Source: Caulobacteraceae bacterium
Lineage (GTDB): Bacteria; Pseudomonadota; Alphaproteobacteria; Caulobacterales; Caulobacteraceae
Reading direction: 5' to 3'
Assembly: GCA_965284305.1 (NCBI GenBank)
Contig: OZ260070.1
Coordinates: 1,287,352-1,351,351 of the forward strand
DNA: 64,000 bases
This document shows, in pieces, positions 35,046 to 44,234 of this stretch (position 1 is its first letter; each line of letters starts with the position of its first letter). The notes below the pieces were generated by a model. It was given only the letters and a program-made list of their open reading frames with translations, did no database searches and had not been told where the DNA came from. The position numbers and the translations under genes are program-made.

Positions 35046-35974
35046 TGACCCGCGTCGCCACCTTCGGGAACTATCAATCGGCCCTGCTGGATCTGATGAG
35101 CGCCCAGGCCCGGGCAGCCGAGGCGCAGGAGCGGGTCGCGACCCAGAAGAACGCCACCGATTTGACCGGCTTCGGCCGGCAGTCCGAGACGCTCACGGCC
35201 TTGAAGGGCTCCCAGAGCCGGATCCAGGGCTTCATCGACACCAGTGCGGCCGTCAGCGCGCGTCTCACGACCCAGGACCTGGCCCTCGGTCAGGTAAAGG
35301 ACGCCATCACCGGGGTTCGCGATGCGGTGGGTAGCGCAATTTCCACCGATTCCGGTGCCTTGCTGATGCTGGAGCTCGATGGTCATTTCCAGTCAGCGCG
35401 AGGCGGGCTGAACATGCGGCACCACGGCGGCTATCTGTTCGCCGGTAACTCGACCGCGACCACTCCTGTCGCGGCGACCAGCCTCGCCGAACTGGCGGCC
35501 GCTCCGGACGTGGCCTCGCTGTTCAGCAACGACACGCTGAAGACGGCAAGCCGGGTGGCCGAGGGGACGACACTGGAGACGGGCTTCCTCGCCGACGAAC
35601 TGGGCACGGACATTCTGGGCATCCTGCGGGACATCCAGACCTTTCACGCGACCCCTGGATCAGGCCCGCTGGCCGGCAAGCTGACCGCACCGCAGAAGGC
35701 ATTCCTCTCCACGCAGCTGGCGCGGCTCGAACAGGCCGGAACGGCTGTGGTCGACAAGATGGCCAGGACCGGGTCGCTCGCCAAACAGGTGGAGAGCATT
35801 ACCGACGGTCACGAAGCCCAGAAGGCTGCGCTGGACGAGCTGGTGGCGGGCCGTACCGATGCTGACATGGCGAAAGCGATCACCGACCTTCAGCTGTCGC
35901 AGGTCGCCATCCAGGCCTCGGCACAGGTGATAAGCCAGTTGCGCCAGGTGTCCCTGCTCAACTATCTGAACTGA
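35045..35974 (+). CDS. flgL: flagellar hook-associated protein 3 FlgL
   Basis: 309 aa with flagellin-like N- and C-terminal helices. Its start overlaps the flgK stop (ATGA). Confidence 0.85.
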   Translation: MTRVATFGNYQSALLDLMSAQARAAEAQERVATQKNATDLTGFGRQSETLTALKGSQSRIQGFIDTSAAVSARLTTQDLALGQVKDAITGVRDAVGSAISTDSGALLMLELDGHFQSARGGLNMRHHGGYLFAGNSTATTPVAATSLAELAAAPDVASLFSNDTLKTASRVAEGTTLETGFLADELGTDILGILRDIQTFHATPGSGPLAGKLTAPQKAFLSTQLARLEQAGTAVVDKMARTGSLAKQVESITDGHEAQKAALDELVAGRTDADMAKAITDLQLSQVAIQASAQVISQLRQVSLLNYLN

Positions 35975-36123
35975 TGTAGCGGGCACCCGCGCCGCCCTGC
36001 CTTGCTACCCTATGCCCGGAAACCGTGGCTGAACGAATACGGCCGGGCCGCGTTCTGAGGCCTGCTCCAACTTTGCCGTGTGGCCAGCGTAGGCAAAACG
36101 GACAGGGCGATCTAGGTAGGGGC

Positions 36124-37239
36124 ATGGCCGCAGCGGATTTCCAGATCGAGGACGGCGGGTCGGGCTTGACCCTGCGTCTGACCGGCGACTGGACCGCGAC
36201 CGAGTTGGGCCGAATCTCGCGCCGGCTGGACGATGCATTGCGCGATCGGTGCGTCGGTGCGGTCGATCTGACCGATATGGGGCGCTTCGACACGGCGGGT
36301 GCCCTGGCCATCGTCCAGGCGTCCGGCTGCATCCTGCCGCCGACGGCCTGGACCCAGCGACCCGAGGCCGGCCGCATCTACGCCATGGTGGAGATGCTGG
36401 AGCGAGAGAGCGCGGTTCCACCGCACCGGACTCCGGGCTGGGTGCGCGCCTTCGCCAAGGTGGGGCGCGGCATGGGTGACATCGCGGCCGAGGCGACCCT
36501 GTCCATGGCCTTCCTCGGCCGGCTGATCGTCGCGGTGGGTGCCGCCCTGCGTCATCCCCGGGCTATTCGCTGGCCGGCCTGGTTCAGCCAGGCCGAACGA
36601 TCGGGGCTTGACGCCATCCCCATCGTCGCGGTCACCAACTTCTTTATCGGTGCGGTTATCGCCTATCTGGGGGCCAATCTGCTGACCCAGTTCGGTGCCG
36701 GCGTCTTTACGGTCCAGCTGGTCGCCGTGGCGGTGTTGCGGGAGTTCGCCGTGGTCATCACATCTGTTCTCCTCGCCGGTCGCTCATCATCGTCGTTTGC
36801 GGCGGAGATCGGCTCGATGCGGATGAACCAGGAAGTTGACGCCATGCAGGTGATGGGGGTGAACCCCTTCCAGGCCCTGGTGATCCCCAGACTCGCCGCC
36901 ATGCTGGTCATGCTTCCGCTGCTGACCTTCATCGGCATGATCTCCGGGCTGTTCGGTGGCATGCTGGTGACCTGGAGTGAGCTGGACTACGGACCCGCCT
37001 TCTTCCTTCAGCGCATCACCGAGGATTCGAAGATGATCACCCACCTTGGCGTGGGGCTGATCAAGGCGCCGGTTTTCGCGGTGGTGGTGGCCGCCATCGG
37101 CTGCCGTCAGGGTATGGCCGTGGCCGGGGATGTCGAGAGTCTGGGGCGGCGGGTGACGGCTGCGGTGGTCCAGGCCATCTTCGCCATCATCTTCCTCGAT
37201 GCCGTCTTCGCAATGATCTTCCTGGAGCTGAACTGGTGA
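36124..37239 (+). CDS. MlaE-family ABC permease with an N-terminal STAS-like domain
   Basis: The N-terminus (FQIEDGGSGLTLRLTGDWTATELGRISRRLDDA) looks STAS-like, and the C-terminal portion is a multi-TM MlaE-like region. I chose the internal ATG at 36124, which is preceded by GGTAGGGG. Confidence 0.85.
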   Translation: MAAADFQIEDGGSGLTLRLTGDWTATELGRISRRLDDALRDRCVGAVDLTDMGRFDTAGALAIVQASGCILPPTAWTQRPEAGRIYAMVEMLERESAVPPHRTPGWVRAFAKVGRGMGDIAAEATLSMAFLGRLIVAVGAALRHPRAIRWPAWFSQAERSGLDAIPIVAVTNFFIGAVIAYLGANLLTQFGAGVFTVQLVAVAVLREFAVVITSVLLAGRSSSSFAAEIGSMRMNQEVDAMQVMGVNPFQALVIPRLAAMLVMLPLLTFIGMISGLFGGMLVTWSELDYGPAFFLQRITEDSKMITHLGVGLIKAPVFAVVVAAIGCRQGMAVAGDVESLGRRVTAAVVQAIFAIIFLDAVFAMIFLELNW

Positions 37240-38021
37240 CCGCCACCCCGGGATCCTCTCCCGAGCTGCTGATCGAGGTGCGCGGCCTGCTGAGTCAGTT
37301 CGGCGAGCGCGTGATCCACGAAAACCTCGACCTTGAGTTGGAGCGCGGCGAGGTCCTCGGCGTGGTCGGCGGTTCGGGATCGGGCAAGACGGTGCTGCTC
37401 AACTCGATCATCGGCCTCAAGGAGCCGGAGGGCGGAACTGTCAGCGTCCTCGGCTACGATCGCGCGACCATGACGGAAGCGCAGGAGGCCGACATTGAGC
37501 GTCGAACGGGCATCCTTTTCCAGCAGGGGGCCCTGTTCTCGGCGCTCAGCGTCATCGAAAACGTCGCCTCGCCGCTGGTGGAACACACCCGTCTGCCCAG
37601 GGAGGTGATCCGAGAATTGGCGGAGATGAAGATCGCCATGGTGGGGCTGAAGCCGGAGGCGCATCATCTGAAACCGGCTGAACTCTCCGGCGGTATGCGG
37701 AAGCGGGTCGGCCTCGCCCGGGCCCTGGCCCTGGACCCCGAACTGCTGTTCCTCGACGAGCCGACGGCGGGGCTGGACCCGATCGCGGCCGGGGCGTTTG
37801 ACGAACTCATACGTCGACTGTCCGACGATCTGGGCCTGACCGTGTTCATGATTACCCACGACCTCGACAGCCTGTACGCCATCACCGACAAGGTCGCGGT
37901 GGTCGCAGACAAGCGGGTCGTCGCCAAGGCCACGGTTCGGGAACTCGAGCATTCAGAGCACCCCTGGATACGAGAATATTTCCTTGGTCCGCGCGGTCGC
38001 GCCGCGGTCAAGGCGGCTTAA
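37236..38021 (+). CDS. MlaF-like ABC transporter ATP-binding protein
   Basis: 261 aa with Walker A GGSGSGKTV, signature LSGGMRKRV and Walker B LFLDEPTAGLD. Confidence 0.9.
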   Translation: MTATPGSSPELLIEVRGLLSQFGERVIHENLDLELERGEVLGVVGGSGSGKTVLLNSIIGLKEPEGGTVSVLGYDRATMTEAQEADIERRTGILFQQGALFSALSVIENVASPLVEHTRLPREVIRELAEMKIAMVGLKPEAHHLKPAELSGGMRKRVGLARALALDPELLFLDEPTAGLDPIAAGAFDELIRRLSDDLGLTVFMITHDLDSLYAITDKVAVVADKRVVAKATVRELEHSEHPWIREYFLGPRGRAAVKAA

Positions 38022-38033
38022 GGAGAGCCGAGC

Positions 38034-38972
38034 ATGGAAAGAGACGCCCACTACGCCGCCGTCGGCATCGCCTCCATCGCCCTCATGGCGGCGCTGGCGG
38101 TGTTCGCCATCTGGCTGGCCCGTCTGCAGTTCAACAATGACTACGACGTCTATGACATCGTCTTCTACGGTCCCGTGCGCGGCCTGTCCGAAGGCGGCGA
38201 GGTGCATTTCAACGGCATCCGCGTCGGCGAGGTCACTGACCTGAATCTGGATCCGGAAAAAGGCGACCAGGTCATCGCCCGCATCCGGGTCGACGCGACC
38301 ACGCCGGTCCGCGTCACCTCGCGCGCCCAGCTGGAGCCACAGGGCATCACCGGCCTGAACTATATCCAGATCACCGCCGGCAACCCGCAGAGCGCCATTC
38401 TCAAGGAGCAGTATCCGGACAATGTGGTGCCGGTGATCCAGAGCCAGCCCTCGCCCATCGCAGAATTGCTGAGTGGGTCCGGCACGGTGCTGGCCCAGAC
38501 CGTCGATGCGCTGAACCGCATCAACCGGGTGCTGTCGGATGACAATGTCCGCTCCTTCTCCACCAGCCTGAAGAATGTCGAGGCCCTGACCACCGAACTG
38601 GAAGCCCGCAAGGGCATGCTGGAACAGCTGGAGCAGGCGCTGACCAAGGCCAATTCGGCCGTCGCCGAGTTCGAGGCCCTCGCGGTCAGCACCCGCGGCG
38701 TCATTGAGGGCGACGGCCGCGAGGCCGTGGCCAATATCAATGCCGCAGCCGAAGAGGCGCGGGCGGCGGTGGCCTCGATCAACCGCACGGCGACCAACGT
38801 CGAGGGGCCGCTCAACGAGTTTGCCACGACCGGCATGCCGCAGCTGCAGCAGTCGATCCAGGGGCTGGAGGATGCGACCCGGTCGCTGGAGGGATTGATC
38901 GACGAGGTCCGTGCCAGCCCGCGTGATTTCATCAGCCGCCCGCCGACCAAGGAACTGGAGGTCCAGCCGTGA
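38034..38972 (+). CDS. MlaD/MCE-domain substrate-binding protein
   Basis: 312 aa with an N-terminal TM anchor followed by an MCE domain (GLSEGGEVHFNGIRVGEVTDLNLDP...). Confidence 0.85.
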   Translation: MERDAHYAAVGIASIALMAALAVFAIWLARLQFNNDYDVYDIVFYGPVRGLSEGGEVHFNGIRVGEVTDLNLDPEKGDQVIARIRVDATTPVRVTSRAQLEPQGITGLNYIQITAGNPQSAILKEQYPDNVVPVIQSQPSPIAELLSGSGTVLAQTVDALNRINRVLSDDNVRSFSTSLKNVEALTTELEARKGMLEQLEQALTKANSAVAEFEALAVSTRGVIEGDGREAVANINAAAEEARAAVASINRTATNVEGPLNEFATTGMPQLQQSIQGLEDATRSLEGLIDEVRASPRDFISRPPTKELEVQP

Positions 38973-39583
38973 ACCGCTTTTCGCTGATCCGTCCGCTCGC
39001 GGCGACCGCGGCCCTGATGGCGCTCTCGGCCTGCGCCCTGCTGTCGACGCCCGACCCGGTGCAGACCTACCGGTTCGGAGGCACCGCCGCCGCCACCTCC
39101 GCCGCCGTGGTCGCCAGCCCGGTTCAGGTCACCCTGCGCCGGGTCGAGTTCCCGGAGTCTGTCAAGGGCGACAAGCTGCTCGGCGTCACCGGGACCGAGG
39201 CCGCCTATATCGCCGGCGCCCGCTGGGTCTCGCCGGCGTCGGACCTTTATATGGAGAGCATCGAGAACGCCTTCGCCGCCCAGGCGACGCGCGTGCGGCT
39301 GATCGGTCCGCGCGAGCTGACCCGGGGCCAGCGGTCGCTCGATATCGACATCCGCTCGTTCGAGGCCCGGTATGACGCCCCCGGTGCCACACCGACCATC
39401 GTGGTGACGGCCCGCGCCCGTATGCTGGTCCTGCCGGAGCGGACGGTATCCGCCGAACGGCTGTTCACCGTGGAGCAGCCGGCGACGGCCAACCGGGTCT
39501 CCTCGATTGTCGAGGCCTTCGATCTGGCAACGCGGGATCTCAATACGCAGATCGTCGCCTGGACCGACGCCAGCGCGAGCTGA
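38969..39583 (+). CDS. ABC-type transport auxiliary lipoprotein (DUF330/PqiC-like)
   Basis: 204 aa with a lipobox (ALSAC). It is the last gene of the MCE operon, and the 4-nt GTGA at 38969-38972 is shared between its start codon and the preceding gene's stop codon. Confidence 0.7.
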   Translation: MNRFSLIRPLAATAALMALSACALLSTPDPVQTYRFGGTAAATSAAVVASPVQVTLRRVEFPESVKGDKLLGVTGTEAAYIAGARWVSPASDLYMESIENAFAAQATRVRLIGPRELTRGQRSLDIDIRSFEARYDAPGATPTIVVTARARMLVLPERTVSAERLFTVEQPATANRVSSIVEAFDLATRDLNTQIVAWTDASAS

Positions 39584-39598
39584 TCAGAGCGGCCTGAA

Positions 39599-40453
39599 TC
39601 AAAGAGGCCGGCGAAGGTCGGCCATCCGGCTCTCGACCTCGGCGCGGCGGCTGCGCGACGCCGTCAGTTCGGCCAGGGCCCGGTCCATGCGCGCCTTCAG
39701 GTCCGCGCGCGCCTTGCCCATCCGGTCGCGGTCGGGGCGGACCTTCTTCGGCCGTCTGGCGTTGAGCCCGAGCGCTTCTTTCCAGTCATCGCGCCATGCG
39801 GCGACGCTATCGGCGCAGGCCTTGAGCGCCTCGGCGGCGCGGGCGTCCGCGTTCTGGGCGCTGCGGATCAGCGGCAGGGACTGCAGGGCGGCGGCGCGGC
39901 AGGCGTCCAGCGTGGCGCGGCGAGCGACCAGTGGATGCGGCGAGTCGCCCTCGGCCGGGGCATGACCCGCCAGCCGGGCTGCGGCGGCGGCGAGGTGGGC
40001 ATCGAGGTCGGCGAGCGCGTCCCGGATCTCGATCCAGGCCTTGTCGAGCGCGCCTGAGCGCTGGGCGGCGCCTTCGACCCGGCCCGCCAGCTCGCTCGCG
40101 GTTTCGGTCAGGCCGGCAGCGGCCCGGCTCCATGTCTCGCGGAAATGCTTCAGTCTTCCGCCCCGGCTGTCGAACAGGCCGGCGAGCCCGCGACGGGGCT
40201 CCAGCGCGCCCGGATCCAGACCCTCCAGCACCGAACGGGCGTGGGTCAGCTGGGCCGAGGCCTCGGTCAGATCGCCGGTCCGGGCGGCGGCGAGGGCGCG
40301 TTCGATGCGCTCGACCGCGGCGACCCGCACGGGCTCGGCGAAGGTGCCGACCTGTGCATCATCCCAGGCGGCGTCGATTTCTGCGACGCGCGCCGCGTCA
40401 GGCGCAGGCCAGTTGCCCTGCCAGCGATAGGCGCCGTCGGCCATCACACTCAC
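39599..40453 (-). CDS. hypothetical Ala/Arg-rich helical protein
   Basis: 284 aa with no motif I can name with confidence. Its composition suggests long helices (possibly TelA-like). Confidence 0.45.
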   Translation of the reverse strand: MSVMADGAYRWQGNWPAPDAARVAEIDAAWDDAQVGTFAEPVRVAAVERIERALAAARTGDLTEASAQLTHARSVLEGLDPGALEPRRGLAGLFDSRGGRLKHFRETWSRAAAGLTETASELAGRVEGAAQRSGALDKAWIEIRDALADLDAHLAAAAARLAGHAPAEGDSPHPLVARRATLDACRAAALQSLPLIRSAQNADARAAEALKACADSVAAWRDDWKEALGLNARRPKKVRPDRDRMGKARADLKARMDRALAELTASRSRRAEVESRMADLRRPL

Positions 40454-40620
40454 TCCACCCCTCCGGTTCTGCGACCGGTCCGGGAGTATGACTACGACTT
40501 GGGCCCGGCGGCAACGGTACAGGTTGTCCCGGTTGTATGACCGGCGGCCAGGCCTCTCGCATTGTCCGGTCCGATGGCGAATGATAGGCGGCTTGGGCCG
40601 GTTGTCTCGAGGGAACCCCG

Positions 40621-41799
40621 TTGGACGTTCAGTTGCACCGCCGGATGGTCCTCGCCGGGCTGGGGTATGTCGGCCTTGCGGGCTGCGCCTCGGCCCCCGC
40701 GCGTCTCGCGACGACCATCCGCCCTGTCTTCCAACGCCAGATCTTCGCGCCCCTGCTGACCGACCCGGGCCGGCTGAGCCGGATCACCGTCTGCACGCGG
40801 CCGTTCCGGGCACAGGGTCCACGTATCGAGGTGGAGGCGGTCGGCGACAAACGGGTGGTTCACAACTACGGCCACGGTGGATCGGGCTGGTCCCTGGCCT
40901 GGGGATCGGCGGCGGCGGCGCGCGATCTGGCGCTTGCGGGCGGGCAGCGGGACGTGGCCGTCATCGGCTGCGGCGCGCTCGGCCTCACGGCGGCGCTTCA
41001 GATCCTGAGAGCCGGCGCGCGGGCCACTATCTTTGCCGCAGAGCGCACGCCCTGGACCCGGTCCGCCCGGGCTACCGGCGTCTGGTCGCCGGACTCGCGG
41101 ATCGCGGCGGAGGCCTCGGTCTCCGCAGACTTCCCCGCGCGCTGGGAGGCGATGGCGCGGCGGTCCTGGGTCGATCACCACGCCTTCGTGGGCCTCGACG
41201 GCGACCCCGTGCGGTTCATCGATCAGTACAATCTGTCGGCCAAGCGGGGGGGCAACGGTGCGGTCGGTCCGGCGCCGACGCCGGGGCGGGTCGGCTTCGC
41301 GCATTACGCGGACCGGCTGGCTGACCTGGTCCCGCACTCGCGTGAACTGGCGATGGGCGAGCATCCTTTCCCCGTGGCGTCCGCCCGGGTGGTCCCGCAG
41401 ATGACCTTCAATGTGGCGGAGTATGCGCGGCAGCTGACCGAGGCCTTCCTGATGGAGGGCGGGCGCATCGTGCAGCGGGTGTTCAACCATCCGTCGGAAC
41501 TGGCGACCCTCGCCGAGCCGGTGGTGGTCAACTGCACGGGCTACGGCGCGCGGGCCCTGTTCGGGGACGAGAGCGTCATTCCGGTCCGGGGCCAGATCGC
41601 CTGGCTGCCGCCTCAGCCCGAGCTGACCTATGCCGTCAATTTCCGGGCAATCAGCATGGTGCCGCGCCACGACGGCATCGTCATCCAGGCCAATGGCGCG
41701 AGCCAGATGGTCGGCTATGGCGTCGAGGACGAGACGCCCGACCGGGCCGAGGCAGAACAGGCGTTGGCGGCGCTCGCGACGCTGTACGCGAACGCCTGA
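40621..41799 (+). CDS. FAD-dependent oxidoreductase, D-amino-acid-oxidase-like, with permuted segment order and an export signal
   Basis: The DAAO signature VVHNYGHGGSGWSLAWG lies near the N-terminus. It is followed by the Rossmann motif VAVIGCGALGLTAA and later by VVNCTGYGARALF...PVRGQ. The N-terminus reads MDVQLHRRMVLAGLGYVGLAGC (signal/lipobox-like). Confidence 0.8.
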   Translation: MDVQLHRRMVLAGLGYVGLAGCASAPARLATTIRPVFQRQIFAPLLTDPGRLSRITVCTRPFRAQGPRIEVEAVGDKRVVHNYGHGGSGWSLAWGSAAAARDLALAGGQRDVAVIGCGALGLTAALQILRAGARATIFAAERTPWTRSARATGVWSPDSRIAAEASVSADFPARWEAMARRSWVDHHAFVGLDGDPVRFIDQYNLSAKRGGNGAVGPAPTPGRVGFAHYADRLADLVPHSRELAMGEHPFPVASARVVPQMTFNVAEYARQLTEAFLMEGGRIVQRVFNHPSELATLAEPVVVNCTGYGARALFGDESVIPVRGQIAWLPPQPELTYAVNFRAISMVPRHDGIVIQANGASQMVGYGVEDETPDRAEAEQALAALATLYANA

Positions 41800-41805
41800 G
41801 GCCCG

Positions 41806-42456
41806 TCAGGCCAGTCCGGGCGCGATGGTGTAGGTCGCCTCGGTCTTGCTGGCGACCTCTTCAAGGGTGACGCCCTCGGCCAGCTCGATCAGTTCCAGAC
41901 CCGAGCCGTCCGGCTTGACGTCGAAGACGCACAGGTCGGTGATGATGCGGCTGACCACGCCGGTCCCGGTCAGGGGCAGGGTGCAGGCCTTCAGCACCTT
42001 GGACTGGCCGTGCTTGTTGGCGTGATCCATGACCACGACCACGCGCTTGACGCCGGCGACCAGGTCCATGGCGCCACCCATGCCCTTCACCAGCTTGCCG
42101 GGGATCATCCAGTTGGCGATGTCGCCGTTCTCGGCCACTTCCATGGCACCCAGGATGGACAGGTTGATGTGGCCGCCGCGGATCATGGCGAAACTGTCCG
42201 AAGAGCTGAAATAGCTGCTCTCGGCGATCTCGGTGATGGTCTGTTTGCCGGCGTTGATCAGGTCGGCATCGACCTCGTCCTCATAGGGAAAGGGACCCAT
42301 GCCCAACATGCCGTTCTCGGACTGGAGGGTGACCTCCATCCCGTGCGGGATGTAGTTCGCCACCAGGGTCGGGATGCCGATGCCCAGGTTGACGTAGAAG
42401 CCGTCCTGCAGCTCGTGGGCGGCGCGGGCGGCCAGTTGTTCGCGGGTACGGGGCAT
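41806..42456 (-). CDS. scoB: 3-oxoacid CoA-transferase subunit B
   Basis: 216 aa. [18 protein letters not shown] and the SENG region are typical of the family. Confidence 0.95.
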   Translation of the reverse strand: MPRTREQLAARAAHELQDGFYVNLGIGIPTLVANYIPHGMEVTLQSENGMLGMGPFPYEDEVDADLINAGKQTITEIAESSYFSSSDSFAMIRGGHINLSILGAMEVAENGDIANWMIPGKLVKGMGGAMDLVAGVKRVVVVMDHANKHGQSKVLKACTLPLTGTGVVSRIITDLCVFDVKPDGSGLELIELAEGVTLEEVASKTEATYTIAPGLA

Positions 42457-42467
42457 TGGGGTGATCC

Positions 42468-42915
42468 GGGTGTGGGGGATGGGGTGTGGGGTGTGGGGTC
42501 AGGTTTCGGTGGCGTCGCGTGCTCGGAGTGAGCGGATAAGGGCACCGAGCGCTCGACCCAGTTGATCACATCGGCCCAGAACCGGGTCGACCTCCGCCTG
42601 TGCGGTGTGCCCGACTTCCGCAGCGATGATCAGGTGGGTTTCCAGTTCCTTCAGCGATCCTTGTGCGATCATCAGGTGCCTGACGTAGTCCTTCCGGGTG
42701 CCTCGCCCGTATCCCTCGGCGATGTTGGCCGGAACGGACACGGCGGAGCGTCTGATCTGGGAGGTCAGGCCGAACAACTCGTCCCTCGGGAGTGTTTGAG
42801 TGACCAGGTAGCACGCCTTCACAAGGGCGATGCCATCACGCCAGACGGTCAATTCCCGGTAGGATTTGAGCGGCGCTGTCACCCTTCACACCCCATACCC
42901 GACACCCCACACCCT
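42468..42915 (-). mobile_element. IVS-like insertion cassette: four-helix-bundle gene bracketed by G-rich/C-rich imperfect inverted repeats
   Basis: The left flank is GGGTGTGGGGGATGGGGTGTGGGGTGTGGGG (42468-42498). The right flank is CCCTTCACACCCCATACCCGACACCCCACACCC (42883-42915). Together they fill almost the whole scoA-scoB gap. Confidence 0.5.
42499..42882 (-). CDS. four-helix-bundle protein ('23S rRNA intervening-sequence protein' family)
   Basis: 127 aa. YRELTVWRDGIALVKACYLVTQTLPRDELFGLTSQIRRSAVSVPANIAEGYGR is the family signature. The start is GTG. Confidence 0.85.
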   Translation of the reverse strand: MTAPLKSYRELTVWRDGIALVKACYLVTQTLPRDELFGLTSQIRRSAVSVPANIAEGYGRGTRKDYVRHLMIAQGSLKELETHLIIAAEVGHTAQAEVDPVLGRCDQLGRALGALIRSLRARDATET

Positions 42916-42917
42916 GT

Positions 42918-43622
42918 TCAGGCGCTCTCGCGCTGGCGGACCGTCCGCTGTTCGATGCGCTTCTCGGGCACGGTCAGGACGATGCGGTCGACATAGATGC
43001 CGGGGGTGTGGATCTGGTCGGGGTCCATCGAGCCGGTCGGGACGATGTGCTCAACCTCGACGACGGTGACCTTGCCGGCCGTGGCCATCATCGGATTGAA
43101 GTTGCGGGCGGTCTTGCGGAACTGGAGATTGCCGCGGCCGTCGGCCTTCCAGGCCTTGACGATCGACAGGTCGGCGACGAGCCCGGTCTCCATGACATAG
43201 TCGCGGCCGTTGAAATTGCGGACTTCCTTGCCCTCGGCCACCAGGGTGCCGACGCCGGTGGCGGTGAAGAAGGCGGGGATGCCCGCGCCGCCAGCACGGA
43301 TGCGCTCGGCCAGGGTGCCCTGCGGGTTGAATTCCAGCTGCAGCTCGCCGGCCAGATACTGGCGCTCGAACTCCTTGTTCTCGCCCACATAGGACGAGAT
43401 CATCTTGGCGATCTGGCGGGTCTCCAGCAGCTGGCCGAGGCCGAAGCCGTCGACGCCGGCGTTGTTGGAGATGACGGTCAGACCCTTTGCACCGCTGTCG
43501 CGCAGGGCGGCGATCAGGTGTTCGGGAATACCGCACAGGCCGAAGCCGCCGGACATCACGGTCATGCCGTCGAAGGTCAGGCCCTCGAGGGCGGACGCCG
43601 CGTCGGGGAAGATCTTCCGCAT
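42918..43622 (-). CDS. scoA: 3-oxoacid CoA-transferase subunit A
   Basis: 234 aa. The text [19 protein letters not shown]...[13 protein letters not shown] is typical of the family. Confidence 0.95.
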   Translation of the reverse strand: MRKIFPDAASALEGLTFDGMTVMSGGFGLCGIPEHLIAALRDSGAKGLTVISNNAGVDGFGLGQLLETRQIAKMISSYVGENKEFERQYLAGELQLEFNPQGTLAERIRAGGAGIPAFFTATGVGTLVAEGKEVRNFNGRDYVMETGLVADLSIVKAWKADGRGNLQFRKTARNFNPMMATAGKVTVVEVEHIVPTGSMDPDQIHTPGIYVDRIVLTVPEKRIEQRTVRQRESA

Positions 43623-43722
43623 CGCTTCCTCATATTTTCACCGCCTGATGAATATTGGCGGCGGTTGTCCGTCCCTAACGCGAGGGGCGTTCAGGAGCAA
43701 GGCGGACGGGCCCGGAAAAAGC

Positions 43723-43749
43723 GAGTCCAAAGAGTCCAGAGAGTCCAAA
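43723..43749. repeat. tandem 9-mer x3 (GAGTCCAAA GAGTCCAGA GAGTCCAAA)
   Basis: Read directly from the sequence. It lies in the scoA upstream region. Confidence 0.9.
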
Positions 43750-43760
43750 GCCGCCGAAAT

Positions 43761-43793
43761 GTGCACCTGCAATTTCGAGTGCACATAGTGCAC
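43761..43793. promoter_or_regulatory. three GTGCAC palindromes within 33 bp (candidate operator cluster)
   Basis: GTGCAC occurs at 43761-43766, 43779-43784 and 43788-43793, in a relatively AT-rich stretch 140-170 nt upstream of scoA. Confidence 0.3.
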
Positions 43794-43847
43794 AATTGGT
43801 CGCTGATACGCAGGGACCTTAGCTGCCGCCTACGTCGGAATTGGTCG

Positions 43848-44225
43848 TCAGGCCGCGAGGCCGTCGATCAGGGCGCCGGGAGGAATGTGCCAGGCGCGGC
43901 TGAGCTTGCGGATCTGATCGAGGTTGATCTCGCGACGGCCGTTCAGCAGATCAGCGGCCCGCGCCTTGGACCCGATGACCTCAATCAGGTCTGCGCGGGT
44001 GTAGCTGTTGGCCGCCATCACCGACTTGACGACCGAGACAGGGTCCGCGCGGGCAATCGGATAGTTGCGTGCCTCATAGTCCTCAATCAGCAGGGTGAGG
44101 GCGTCGAAATTGGCGGCTTCCGGCGTGTCTGCGGCGGGTTCGTTGTCGAAATACGGGCGGACAGCGGCAAGCGCGGCCTCGTATTCGGCCTCGTCACGCA
44201 GGGTTCGCAGGGTGCTGAAATCCAT
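43848..44225 (-). CDS. higA: HigA-family antitoxin (HTH)
   Basis: 125 aa. The C-terminal HTH reads YTRADLIEVIGSKARAADLLNGRREINLDQIRKLSRAWHIPPGALI. The gene lies downstream of the toxin gene, which is the HigBA gene order. Confidence 0.8.
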   Translation of the reverse strand: MDFSTLRTLRDEAEYEAALAAVRPYFDNEPAADTPEAANFDALTLLIEDYEARNYPIARADPVSVVKSVMAANSYTRADLIEVIGSKARAADLLNGRREINLDQIRKLSRAWHIPPGALIDGLAA

Positions 44226-44234
44226 AATCGCCTC

